Virus record (IMG/VR): IMGVR_UViG_2563366799_000009 | DNA: 46,457 bases | From: a virus | Taxonomy: Duplodnaviria > Heunggongvirae > Uroviricota > Caudoviricetes | Direction: 5' to 3' (one strand) | In this document: piece after piece, positions 19,540 through 28,574 of the stretch | Layout: each line of letters begins with the position of its first letter | How positions within the stretch are numbered: the stretch's first letter is position 1 | Position numbers and translations under genes: made by a program | The notes under the pieces: generated by a model | The model's input: only the letters and a program-made list of their open reading frames with translations | Database searches by the model: none | Told to the model about the DNA's origin: nothing

Positions 19540-20406
19540 TCAGGCTCCTGTTTTTTCAAGTAAGTTTTTGAACGCAGCGTCAGGAGGACACACCTCATCA
19601 GCCAGTCCAATTTCAACGCCATCAGCAGCCATAAAACAGGCGGCCTGGGTACTTTTTATAACCTTTGCGCTAATCCCCCGGTTTCTGGCAACAGTGTTCA
19701 CAAACAATTCGCCCATGGTGTTAATGTCCTGCTGGATGGCGGCCAGCGCTTCATCTGACAACTCTCTCAGCGGCGAACCTTCAGCCTTGCGGGATCCATA
19801 GGTGATGATCGTAACTTTAAGACCGTCATCTTTAATCCGCTGCGTCCAGTCAAGGTGCATGGTGATCACACCCACAGAACCCACTCCGCCGGTGCGCGGA
19901 ACAGAAATCCGGTCCGCTGCACTGGCAATGGCATACGCAGCGGAATAAGCGCTTTCCGTCAGAATGGCATGGATAGGCTTTTTCCCCCGGGAGCCGTAAA
20001 TGACATCAACCAGATCGAAGCATCCAGCGACCTCGCCGCCGGGTGAGTCGATATCCAGGCAAATGCCCGAAATGTCGGGATCTTCCATCGCAGTAAGAAA
20101 CGCCTGACGAATGCCGTCATACCCTGTCATTCCACTGTACGGACGCAGACTGCCCAGTTTTTGCACCAGCGTTCCGCATATCGGGATGACGGCGACACCC
20201 AGCACATTGTCATAACCCGGATCACTACGGGATTCACGTCCCCGGTTATCGTCATATCCGTACCAGTCATCCTCCATGGCAAGAGAAGATTCGATTTTAC
20301 TGATACCAAATCGGTCCATTACGGATGCCATGATGACTTCGGCTTTACTCGGGTGCAGCGCCAGCGGGGTGTTAAATAATCGCTGGGCCAGATGGGGTAG
20401 ATTCAC
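19540..20406 (-). CDS. Prohead protease, S49 (SppA/ClpP-like, lambda gpC-like)
   Basis: 288 aa; position after the portal gene. Confidence 0.7.
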   Translation of the reverse strand: MNLPHLAQRLFNTPLALHPSKAEVIMASVMDRFGISKIESSLAMEDDWYGYDDNRGRESRSDPGYDNVLGVAVIPICGTLVQKLGSLRPYSGMTGYDGIRQAFLTAMEDPDISGICLDIDSPGGEVAGCFDLVDVIYGSRGKKPIHAILTESAYSAAYAIASAADRISVPRTGGVGSVGVITMHLDWTQRIKDDGLKVTIITYGSRKAEGSPLRELSDEALAAIQQDINTMGELFVNTVARNRGISAKVIKSTQAACFMAADGVEIGLADEVCPPDAAFKNLLEKTGA

Positions 20407-22040
20407 TTTTCCTCCGGATCGGTAATGGTCTGGCTCGCAAACTGGTCAGCCTGTGCCCAGCTCGGAAGCGGTAATCCGCGTTTAAGACATGACTCAATTT
20501 CTCTCTGGCGCTGATCAAGCACTTCTTCCCAGTCTTCACCGACGTTTTCACCCACCTCAATCTCGAGGGTGGAAAGTCCGGCATCCAGACCAAGAATGGC
20601 GCCTTTTTTCTCTGCAACTGGATCCACCCAGCCGCGCCCTGGCCCCATCCAGCGCGCGCGAGAATACGCGGCTCTGGCGTCAACAAAATCAGGTGCGCCT
20701 GCGGGCAGGGGTAAATCCTCATTGTCGTGAACTTCTTCAACAAAGGCGGTGAGAATGGGCTGAGCGAAGCCGGTAGAAAAATCGTCCCGGCGGCGAGTCA
20801 GTGTTTTCCATGCCTCCAGCAACGAGGAGCGTGCAGAACTGTAGTTAACGTCAGACCAGTCCTGGGTGACCTGCTGTGGGGACAACCCTGTTCCTGAAGA
20901 AAAATTACGGAGAACAGCAGATTCGAAGACTTCAAAATTGCTGTAGGGCCGCGCCGCGTTAACCGTCGTGATTTTCTCACCAGGATAAAGAATGGGCATT
21001 CGGGCACCATTCTGAAGTGTCAGACGCCGATCGTTATGGAACTCAACACGCCCGTCCTGATAAGTGCCTAACTCCGACTCGTCATAGGTCTCGCCCAGGG
21101 CAGACTGAACCATCGCAGGGTCATAGGGTGACTCAATGTAAGCGGCGAATATGGCATTAAGAATTGCTGCCTCAAGCTCACTCTGGTCATACTTCACCAG
21201 CATTTTCAGACGCTGAATAACCGGAGTCAGGATGCCGTTACCGCGGTGCTGCGCGCCACGCTCATGATCAAAATCGTGAACCACATGCGGGCGGCCCCAG
21301 TCAGTTTCACGCGGGATACGCTGCCACGTCATGGTTTTAGCCCCGCTCCACCAGTCACCGATATGGGCCTCCCTGATGTGGTAAGCAACCGGCGCACCGT
21401 CCGCATCAATTTCAACGCCACCACGGACATTTGGCATATCGAAATTCTGCTGAGGATTACTGAGGCGGTCAGGATCGACAATCTGCACCGTGGTGGCGTA
21501 ACGCCCTCTTCCGGGACCAAGCCTGTCAGTTCTGTACTGGAGAATGGCCAGAGCATCCCCGTCAATAAGCTTGTGACGAAATCCCAGGCGCAACATCTGC
21601 GACACGGTGAGTTTTCGTTCAACATCACAATACCGGCCAGGATCGTTACTCCAGGTCCGCCAGTGCCCGTCCAGTGCTTTTCCGTACTCTTCCGCCCAGG
21701 ACGCATCAAACGCCTTGTTTCCGGTGATCATTCTGAGAACACGGTAATCGGGTTTCATGATGGGGCGGAAGTTGGCACCAACCGCATTATCCAGCAGACG
21801 TGTGACCGCACCGTTTGCCCAGCCGTCATTACGGACCAGATCGCGTGCGCGGGACACGATGCGATCCCGGTAAATGTTAATTTCATTGTCCGGGGACCAC
21901 AGCGCGGGTTGCCAGTTCGCCAGTTGATCGCTGAAAGAGTCAGCTGCGTCATAAGGTACGCGGCTCCCCCCCACCAGCATAGAGGGACGCTGCTGTCGCA
22001 ACGGCTGCCCATCAGAGCCCAGTATCTGTACTTTATTCAT
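20403..22040 (-). CDS. Portal protein (lambda gpB-like)
   Basis: 545 aa between gpW-like and protease. Confidence 0.8.
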   Translation of the reverse strand: MNKVQILGSDGQPLRQQRPSMLVGGSRVPYDAADSFSDQLANWQPALWSPDNEINIYRDRIVSRARDLVRNDGWANGAVTRLLDNAVGANFRPIMKPDYRVLRMITGNKAFDASWAEEYGKALDGHWRTWSNDPGRYCDVERKLTVSQMLRLGFRHKLIDGDALAILQYRTDRLGPGRGRYATTVQIVDPDRLSNPQQNFDMPNVRGGVEIDADGAPVAYHIREAHIGDWWSGAKTMTWQRIPRETDWGRPHVVHDFDHERGAQHRGNGILTPVIQRLKMLVKYDQSELEAAILNAIFAAYIESPYDPAMVQSALGETYDESELGTYQDGRVEFHNDRRLTLQNGARMPILYPGEKITTVNAARPYSNFEVFESAVLRNFSSGTGLSPQQVTQDWSDVNYSSARSSLLEAWKTLTRRRDDFSTGFAQPILTAFVEEVHDNEDLPLPAGAPDFVDARAAYSRARWMGPGRGWVDPVAEKKGAILGLDAGLSTLEIEVGENVGEDWEEVLDQRQREIESCLKRGLPLPSWAQADQFASQTITDPEEK

Positions 22041-22303
22041 CAGAATCTAAACCTCGCTGGTTTCCGGGGACGAGAGATAATCCCCAGTTGCGCCTGCAGA
22101 AGTTGAATCAGGGCCAGCAGATCAGCCAGGGTGCTTTGCTGATAGGACACTGATCGCGTCCCGTCTCCCTGCGTATAGGAAAACGAAACACCGTGGCTCC
22201 CGGTTGCTAAATCAATGTACGCCTGCTGAGCTTTCGCAAGCGCATCCCTGAGCTGATCGTCAGTCATTGCGCCGGCAAGCAGGCTGGTGTTCCGGTTGAA
22301 CAT
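22040..22303 (-). CDS. Head-tail joining protein gpW-like
   Basis: 87 aa between terminase and portal. Confidence 0.6.
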   Translation of the reverse strand: MFNRNTSLLAGAMTDDQLRDALAKAQQAYIDLATGSHGVSFSYTQGDGTRSVSYQQSTLADLLALIQLLQAQLGIISRPRKPARFRF

Positions 22304-22311
22304 GATTTTCC

Positions 22312-24441
22312 TTATTTCGGCAGGAGTTGCGATATTCGCTTACGTTTGACCGGCGCTGGTTCTTCAATAACCGCACCCGGCAGCTCGTAATTGATTTTTT
22401 CTTCCTGTCCAACTGGCGCTGGCAGGAACTTATCCGGATCGGCTTCGAGGTTGGCGGCCCGGACGTTGAGTTTTAACCCCATATGTTTGAGACCGCACAG
22501 CGCGGCATAGCTGTAAACGAGGCAGTCAAGCGCTTCGTTAGCTCGTCCTGGTATTGCTTCCCAGATACTGTACCGCTGCCCGGAAATGACTTTGTAAACC
22601 AGTCGCTCCGCCAGCAGCTGATTGAAGTACCCGAGATCGCGATCGTCAGGAAAATGCATATAACCCGCAGCGGCGGCGCCAGGTTTGGGTGGCTCAAGAT
22701 GCAGGCGACCGCGTATCACGTCTTTCGCTGAGTTAACCCCCAGAATGACAGGGCGGAAACTGGCTTTGCTTTTCGATGATGGTCGTTTGGTCGGCCAGAC
22801 AGGATTGCGTTTGCCTCCCTGTGCAGACTCCCCCTTAATTGCCCAGACACGACGGCCAAGACGCTCTTTGGCGAATTCGTATACCTTCTGCGTATGGTGG
22901 CCGCCGGAGTCCATGCACGTTGCCATGATATTCAGGCCGCGCCCGTCACCACGTCGCCAGATCTGTTTCAGGTATGCATCCAGTCGCTTCCAGGGTTCTT
23001 CCGTCTCAAGGTCACCATAAATAACGTCATGCGCGACCGACCACGATTCTTCATCTCTCCCCCAGCCGGTGATCGTAATTTCGAAGCGATCGTCCTGGGT
23101 ATCAACTCCAGCTGTTAACAATGCCACCCCGTCCGGAACGACGGCCGGAAATATTTCCCGGCGCGCCAGCAGAACATCAACAGGGAGCTGTTTCCCATGA
23201 TTAGGTCGGTGCGGAAGCCCCATCTGGGTATTCCACCACGCCTGTTCCTTATCCGGATCGCCCTTCGCATCGATATATTTTTTCGCAATATCCGACGGCT
23301 TATCTTTTTGCCAGGGGCTGAAAAGCTTGGATGCCTGGTACCCCGCGTGGTGGTTATCGACTGCCTCCTTTCCACAGGAGGGGCAGATTGCGCGATAGAC
23401 CGCATGCCGTTCCGACTCTGACCATTGCCAGACCTTTTCAACGCTGCCCTCGTCTGCCGCCCGCCAGGCAAGGTCATAATCCATCAGCGGTGAGTGCCGC
23501 TCCCCGCAGCACTCAAATGGGCGCGTCTGATGCCATCGAATAGTGTGCAGAGCTCTGAGGCGCTGTCCTTCGGACCAGCCACTACCACAGCATTCGCAAT
23601 AGAGCATCGCCGATTTAGTCAGGTGTTTATCTCCCTCTTTCGGCCACTGAACGTGTTTGAAAAAGTCGGGGAACTGGCGGTGGCCACAGTGCGGGCAAAC
23701 CACAGATGCCCGGCGCTGATCGGAGTCGGCGTAGCTGTCAGCAATGCGGCTCTCATCCTCCACCGTCGGCGAACAGGCGCGTACAGACAGCCAGGTCAGG
23801 CCAAATGTCGCTGTACGCTCTTCGGCCAGCGCAATTGGATCGCCTTCGCGGGTTATCGGGTACTTGTCCACTTCATCCGCCAGCAGGACACGAATCGGAC
23901 GACGCGCAAGGTTATCAGGGCTACCAGCACCCGCCAGCGCCAGAAATCCGCCAGTGAATGCCTTGTAAAGAATGGTTTCTTTCGAGCTTTTCTGTTTCGA
24001 ATCACCGATGATTTTACGCAGTACCGGCGTCACCCTTACCAGCGGGCTAATACGCTCTTTCGAAAACTGTTCAGCGGCTTCTTCTTTCGGCTGCAGCAGC
24101 AGTATCGGACAAGGATCGAGGTGGGCAAAATAGCCAAAAAGGTTTTCCAGCAGTGCTGTCTTCATCAACTGGGTACAGCACATTACAGTGATGATATGAA
24201 CCCCGGACTCCGTCGCGGCAAGCATCGGTCCGCGGGCAATTTCTACCGTCGATGTTTCCCAGTTTCCCGAAGTGCTCCCAGCCTCTTTTGCCAGCTTACG
24301 ATAGTCATCTGCCCACTGCGGCACACTGATACGCGGCGGGGGTGTCCAGCCTTTGCGGACGCTTAATTCAAGACGCTCAATCTTCTGCCGGGTTAAACTC
24401 TGGCTCTCCGAGGACTGAGATGTGTTTGTGGACATGTTCAA
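22312..24441 (-). CDS. Terminase large subunit (lambda gpA-like)
   Basis: 709 aa; start overlaps the 3' end of the small subunit gene. Confidence 0.85.
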   Translation of the reverse strand: MNMSTNTSQSSESQSLTRQKIERLELSVRKGWTPPPRISVPQWADDYRKLAKEAGSTSGNWETSTVEIARGPMLAATESGVHIITVMCCTQLMKTALLENLFGYFAHLDPCPILLLQPKEEAAEQFSKERISPLVRVTPVLRKIIGDSKQKSSKETILYKAFTGGFLALAGAGSPDNLARRPIRVLLADEVDKYPITREGDPIALAEERTATFGLTWLSVRACSPTVEDESRIADSYADSDQRRASVVCPHCGHRQFPDFFKHVQWPKEGDKHLTKSAMLYCECCGSGWSEGQRLRALHTIRWHQTRPFECCGERHSPLMDYDLAWRAADEGSVEKVWQWSESERHAVYRAICPSCGKEAVDNHHAGYQASKLFSPWQKDKPSDIAKKYIDAKGDPDKEQAWWNTQMGLPHRPNHGKQLPVDVLLARREIFPAVVPDGVALLTAGVDTQDDRFEITITGWGRDEESWSVAHDVIYGDLETEEPWKRLDAYLKQIWRRGDGRGLNIMATCMDSGGHHTQKVYEFAKERLGRRVWAIKGESAQGGKRNPVWPTKRPSSKSKASFRPVILGVNSAKDVIRGRLHLEPPKPGAAAAGYMHFPDDRDLGYFNQLLAERLVYKVISGQRYSIWEAIPGRANEALDCLVYSYAALCGLKHMGLKLNVRAANLEADPDKFLPAPVGQEEKINYELPGAVIEEPAPVKRKRISQLLPK

Positions 24442-24946
24442 TCAGCACCTCTGTCATCCTGTCCGCCGGTACATCCAGATCAGCAGCCATTAGCGGCGCC
24501 ACCCTGGACGGCCAGTTAAGCCAGGCATCACGCTGTTGGCGAAAGGCGTTGAATAAAACCTCCTCGGCTGCTGTCAGCTCAATAAGCTGGCCGCTGTCTT
24601 TTTCATACTGCAGCTTTGCCTGCAGGGCCATGTAATTCTCGCGGATACGTCCCGCTTCCTCTCTCGAAAGATCTGCCCCTTCAGTGAGCATTATCTGGCG
24701 GACAGTTTTATTGATTTCATCACCGTCATCATCGTTATCGCTAACGACGGGAGTTTTCTTTTTCTTCGCGTTCGAGGCGCGCGGGTCTTTGCCATCGCGG
24801 TTTTTCTTCAATGCCGCATCGCTGGCCTCTACGTCAATCAGGTCTCCGTCCATCACAATGAAGCGCCCGGCTTTAATCCACCGGCCAATTGTTTTGCGAT
24901 CCACACCTGAATGTTGTGCGTACTGACTCTGGTTCATCGTGGTCAT
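24377..24946 (-). CDS. Terminase small subunit (Nu1-like, N-terminal HTH)
   Basis: 189 aa; N-terminus SQYAQHSGVDRKTIGRWIKAG resembles the Nu1 wHTH. Confidence 0.65.
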   Translation of the reverse strand: MTTMNQSQYAQHSGVDRKTIGRWIKAGRFIVMDGDLIDVEASDAALKKNRDGKDPRASNAKKKKTPVVSDNDDDGDEINKTVRQIMLTEGADLSREEAGRIRENYMALQAKLQYEKDSGQLIELTAAEEVLFNAFRQQRDAWLNWPSRVAPLMAADLDVPADRMTEVLIEHVHKHISVLGEPEFNPAED

Positions 24947-25094
24947 GGGACATCACCTGGGACATTTTCTGGGGTGGGACATTCGCCTGGGACATTTTTG
25001 CCATGTCCCACCAGAATGTCCCACTGGAATAAACTGGAATAGCCAGAGCTGGCGAGGTGTCCGTAATGATCGCCAGAGGTGGGACATGGGACAC
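24947..25094. repeat. cos/pac-like terminase recognition array: GGGACAT x5 direct, ATGTCCC x2 inverted, plus GGGACAC and ACTGGAAT x2
   Basis: GGGACAT at 24947, 24959, 24976, 24989 and 25081; ATGTCCC at 25003 and 25016; begins at the terS start codon. Confidence 0.6.
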
Positions 25095-25184
25095 AAATCT
25101 GAAAGTTGTAGCTAGGAAAACACCGCGGCGCGCAATGCCCGTGCCTTACAAAAGGCTCAGGAAGGACCCAAAACCCCTGGGGGG

Positions 25185-25826
25185 CTATCTGGCCGAGCTG
25201 ATCGCCTCAGCAATCGCCTGGTGCAGCGCTGAGGGTAACAATGCGTTGGCCATGGTGTTTGCCCTGTCCATATAGCCGAGCGTTGGTTTGACTGGAAGCG
25301 CGTCTCCAAACCGAATGAGCAATTTTGGTGCAGGTTGCTTAATCTTGTCTCTGCGCGTGCCGTTCGGAGAACGTTTTGCCCGTTTCTTCCCTTTTTTGGT
25401 TTTCGGCTTTTTTCTCTGCCACACGGCATTCACGCCACCAACGTCACCAATAAATACGTTTGGCTTTGCTTTGAGCTGAGAGAGCTTATTACGCGGCAGG
25501 TTGCCGTATTTATTAAGCTTTATGTCTTTCGGGTTAAGCAAAGCACTACCATTAAGCTTGTGCTCTCCGCCGAACTCGAAGGGTTCAAGGTAACCAGCAG
25601 CAGTATCACGAACAAACACCTTCGCACGAAGGCTGTTTTTCCTGGCACCAACTGACCCTACCGATTTAACTGTAAAAGGTGTTGGATTATCCAGATGCCG
25701 CTCAAATGCTGTTTTTTGGGCCGCTTCTATCTGGCGAACCACTATGGTCATCGCCTGCGCCGTCGCAAACGGTATCTGCTTCTGCAGCTGTCTTAACTGA
25801 CCAGAAAGGTCTTTAAGCGTTGCCAT
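25185..25826 (-). CDS. Hypothetical protein with lysine/arginine-rich cluster
   Basis: 213 aa from ATG at 25826 (AGGTGA RBS); KKPKTKKGKKRAKRSPNGTRRDK cluster; no family recognised. Confidence 0.5.
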   Translation of the reverse strand: MATLKDLSGQLRQLQKQIPFATAQAMTIVVRQIEAAQKTAFERHLDNPTPFTVKSVGSVGARKNSLRAKVFVRDTAAGYLEPFEFGGEHKLNGSALLNPKDIKLNKYGNLPRNKLSQLKAKPNVFIGDVGGVNAVWQRKKPKTKKGKKRAKRSPNGTRRDKIKQPAPKLLIRFGDALPVKPTLGYMDRANTMANALLPSALHQAIAEAISSAR

Positions 25827-25880
25827 ATCATTGATCACCTAATTACAGGAATTAAGATCGGTTTGCTCATAAAGATGACA

Positions 25881-25906
25881 ATAAAAAACCGCCCGGAGGC
25901 GGTTTG
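25881..25906 (-). terminator. Intrinsic terminator AACCGCC-TCCG-GGCGGTT plus TTTTTTAT, directly after the phosphatase stop
   Basis: 7-bp stem, 4-nt loop, U-run; stop codon at 25910-25912. Confidence 0.7.
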
Positions 25907-25909
25907 TTA

Positions 25910-26650
25910 CTACTTAGATGTTTGGAAAGATACCGCGACCAGTGTGTAATCATCTATAGGACCGGACCGTTCTATCCTTCTCAGCAAGCTTGCTGCAAAT
26001 TTTGGTGCTTTAGAAATTGTTTCAAGGGAAAGCCGTGGTCTCTGTTCCCAGAAGTGATGAGCTCCATCAGACATGATGTAAACAGTAATGAGCCCATTTT
26101 CATCAACCAGTTCCGACAAGGGCAACTTGACGCTTTGGAAGCGTAAAGCAACGTTTCTGGATATCGCCGAAGTGAGAGTGTTTTTACCTGGAAGATCACG
26201 TAACTCTTTCTTTGTGTATATCCCATCATCAAAAAGTTCTTGGTGTTGAGTGTGATCTTTGGTTATCAACTGAAGCTTTGCGCCTTTTTTTATATAGACA
26301 CGTGTATCACCAACATGTCCAACATACAAAGCTTCATGGTCAATGAAACAGAATGAAAGCGTGGTCGCTGCATTGATCCATTCAGATTTAGCATCTACAA
26401 CCGCGTCAACCTTTTCTTTGAGATCCAGAAATGTTTTTTGGATGTTCGTGATGCTCTCGTTATTGAAAGACCTAAGAGCAGAAGTAGCAGTATCGGCTAT
26501 CTCTTTAGCGCCCTCGTATGAACCGACGCCATCAGCGACAGCAAATACAAACCCATTTCCTGTCGGAGTTGGCAATACATATGAGTCCTGATTGCCGCGG
26601 TCGGCATCTTTAGGGCATGAGAAAAAGCCGCAACTCAGAAGATTAATCAT
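25910..26650 (-). CDS. PP2C/PPM-family Ser/Thr protein phosphatase
   Basis: 246 aa; FAVADGVGS, GDTRVY and SDG motifs; start overlaps the kinase stop as ATGA. Confidence 0.8.
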   Translation of the reverse strand: MINLLSCGFFSCPKDADRGNQDSYVLPTPTGNGFVFAVADGVGSYEGAKEIADTATSALRSFNNESITNIQKTFLDLKEKVDAVVDAKSEWINAATTLSFCFIDHEALYVGHVGDTRVYIKKGAKLQLITKDHTQHQELFDDGIYTKKELRDLPGKNTLTSAISRNVALRFQSVKLPLSELVDENGLITVYIMSDGAHHFWEQRPRLSLETISKAPKFAASLLRRIERSGPIDDYTLVAVSFQTSK

Positions 26651-27414
26651 GCCTGCCTCCCTTCAATTATGGCGTTAAGATCGGCAAGCATCTCACTGAC
26701 TGAATCATATCTCGCAGTCGGTTTGTATGCTGTCGCCTTACCTATTAAAGCATCGATACCATCCACATGGCTCAAATTTAAAATATTCACTATGGCACCC
26801 GCTGCATAGATGTCAGTTTTTGGACTATACAGACCACTATTGACCTCTGGAGCTTTATACCCATCAGTTCCCATGCTGACAGCTATATTGGTTAAAACTG
26901 CTGAGGCCGCGTTAGGATCATCATGCCTCACCAAACCAAAGTCAGACACCTTGTATTGCCCATCATCGAATTTAAGGATGTTTTCTGGTTTAAGGTCCCG
27001 ATGAAGATACCCGCGACTGTGAATATATTCGACGCCGAGCAACATCATTCTAATCGCTGATAGTTTCTCATCATCGCTTAGCACGTTACCTTCAATCTCC
27101 TTCATGAGATCCGTATTAGCCAGAGGCATTACAAACCATGGATGCTCAGCATTGAGATTATGTATCAAGACAGGGACAACATTTGAATGCCGACAGCGAG
27201 ATTGGTAAGTCACCTCTCGTTCAAATCGTCTTCTCCAGTCATCGGGGCTGAAGATTGAACCAACAATATCATGATTAACTGCGAGACTTTTGCGGGCGTA
27301 ATAGCCGCAAAAATGCTCACTAGAATTGTAGAGTTCGATTTTCTCTACACGTCCAAAAGTCCCGCTTCCAAGGTTTGAAATTGGCCTTAAACGATAATTC
27401 CCTCTAGCTTCCAT
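26647..27414 (-). CDS. Hanks-type (eukaryotic-like) Ser/Thr protein kinase, kinase domain only
   Basis: 255 aa; GSGTFGRV, ARK, HRDLKPENIL, DFG and APE motifs all present. Confidence 0.85.
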   Translation of the reverse strand: MEARGNYRLRPISNLGSGTFGRVEKIELYNSSEHFCGYYARKSLAVNHDIVGSIFSPDDWRRRFEREVTYQSRCRHSNVVPVLIHNLNAEHPWFVMPLANTDLMKEIEGNVLSDDEKLSAIRMMLLGVEYIHSRGYLHRDLKPENILKFDDGQYKVSDFGLVRHDDPNAASAVLTNIAVSMGTDGYKAPEVNSGLYSPKTDIYAAGAIVNILNLSHVDGIDALIGKATAYKPTARYDSVSEMLADLNAIIEGRQA

Positions 27415-27528
27415 TTCGGCTCTCTTTCATACAAGTCAATGCAAAATAAATTACTACCAATTAAGAAAGTAAGCTATTGACTTTTGCTCTAGAAAACCGA
27501 TTGATTTCTACTCAATTGCGGCTAATGG

Positions 27529-28059
27529 TTACCGGTTTTGCTCAATCTGCCTAATCCCAGCAAAGTTGTTGTTACCCTTTTCAATGACGGACAGCAGCGG
27601 CTTTATCCACAATACAGCCTGGCAATACGTCATTGAGCTGGAGGCAGCGGAACGATCATCGGCTGCGTCAGGTCTGTCGGTATCGGTGTGCATGGCGCTG
27701 GAACGTAAACGGTACGCGTATTCGAGCAACCCACCAGCAATGTCAGCAGGAACAGGCAGATCACAGGTTTTTTCACGGCGGAGTATCTCCCGATATTCGA
27801 TTACGGTTTCTTCGGTGGTGGTATCGATCAAGGAGTTAAGCCTGTTGGCATGTTCTGCAACCCGATTGAACCGATTGAAGTTGAAAGCCTGATTGGCGAT
27901 CACCTGCCCCTGTAAAGAGTTATCACTTCGCAGAACGTCGTTATCGCTCTGTAGGCTACTGGCGTCTGAGCAACTTTTAACAAGGGCGACTGACAGACCT
28001 GCAATTACTATAACTAGAATAGGGAAGATATTAAATTTCACCGTTCTATCCCCCAGCAC
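27529..28059 (-). CDS. Spanin-like lysis protein (Rz position; alternative GTG start at 28041 gives MKFNIF… signal-like N-terminus)
   Basis: Hydrophobic N-terminus ending …LVKSC, then polar coiled-coil-like region; overlaps the endolysin 3' end; no ATG start. Confidence 0.45.
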   Translation of the reverse strand: MLGDRTVKFNIFPILVIVIAGLSVALVKSCSDASSLQSDNDVLRSDNSLQGQVIANQAFNFNRFNRVAEHANRLNSLIDTTTEETVIEYREILRREKTCDLPVPADIAGGLLEYAYRLRSSAMHTDTDRPDAADDRSAASSSMTYCQAVLWIKPLLSVIEKGNNNFAGIRQIEQNR

Positions 28060-28574
28060 GCCAGCGCGCTCTCCTGGTCCCGTCGCTCAACCTGCCCAAA
28101 GCAGCCATTCTTCTGGCCTTTGGTTAATCGACAATCACGGCCACCATCTTTGATCCACCAGCGGATTGCTTCACACGCCCCTTTACGATCACCGGCGTTG
28201 ATGCGTTTATAAAAGGTCGAAGGGAAGCATTTACCAGGACCAATGTTGTACGGGCAGAATGAGGCAATCCCCGCTTTCTGCGGTTCGGTCAGTGGTACAT
28301 GGATATTGCGGTCGACCCAAGCCAGCGCCTTGTTCAGCTCGCTGGCGTTCACCTGATTACATTTCTCTGGCGATAGCCTCATACCTGGGGTAACAGGCTT
28401 GCCGTCAACCGTGGTAGCTCCCCGGCAAATCGTCCAGATGCCGCTGCCATCTTTGTACGCTGTAAGGCTGTTTCCCTCTTTCTCATTCAGAAACTGATCG
28501 AGAATGACGGATGCTGGCGCACCAGCAAGTACCAGCCCCAGAACAGCAGCACTTAATTTTGCTCTGGATCCCAT
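28038..28574 (-). CDS. SAR endolysin (T4-lysozyme fold, GH24)
   Basis: Gly/Ala-rich weakly hydrophobic N-terminus AKLSAAVLGLVLAGAPASV; E…D…T catalytic pattern; ATG overlaps the holin stop. Confidence 0.75.
   Translation of the reverse strand: MGSRAKLSAAVLGLVLAGAPASVILDQFLNEKEGNSLTAYKDGSGIWTICRGATTVDGKPVTPGMRLSPEKCNQVNASELNKALAWVDRNIHVPLTEPQKAGIASFCPYNIGPGKCFPSTFYKRINAGDRKGACEAIRWWIKDGGRDCRLTKGQKNGCFGQVERRDQESALACWGIER

Noticed and set aside
21246-24366. Long + strand ORFs antisense to terminase and portal genes (21246..22106, 23494..24366, and several 70-120 aa ORFs)
   Set aside because: Shadow ORFs inside well-supported minus-strand genes
24947-25094. Repeat array considered as a possible CRISPR array
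   Set aside because: Repeat unit is only 7-8 bp, spacings are irregular, inverted copies are present, and it abuts the terminase gene; fits a terminase binding site
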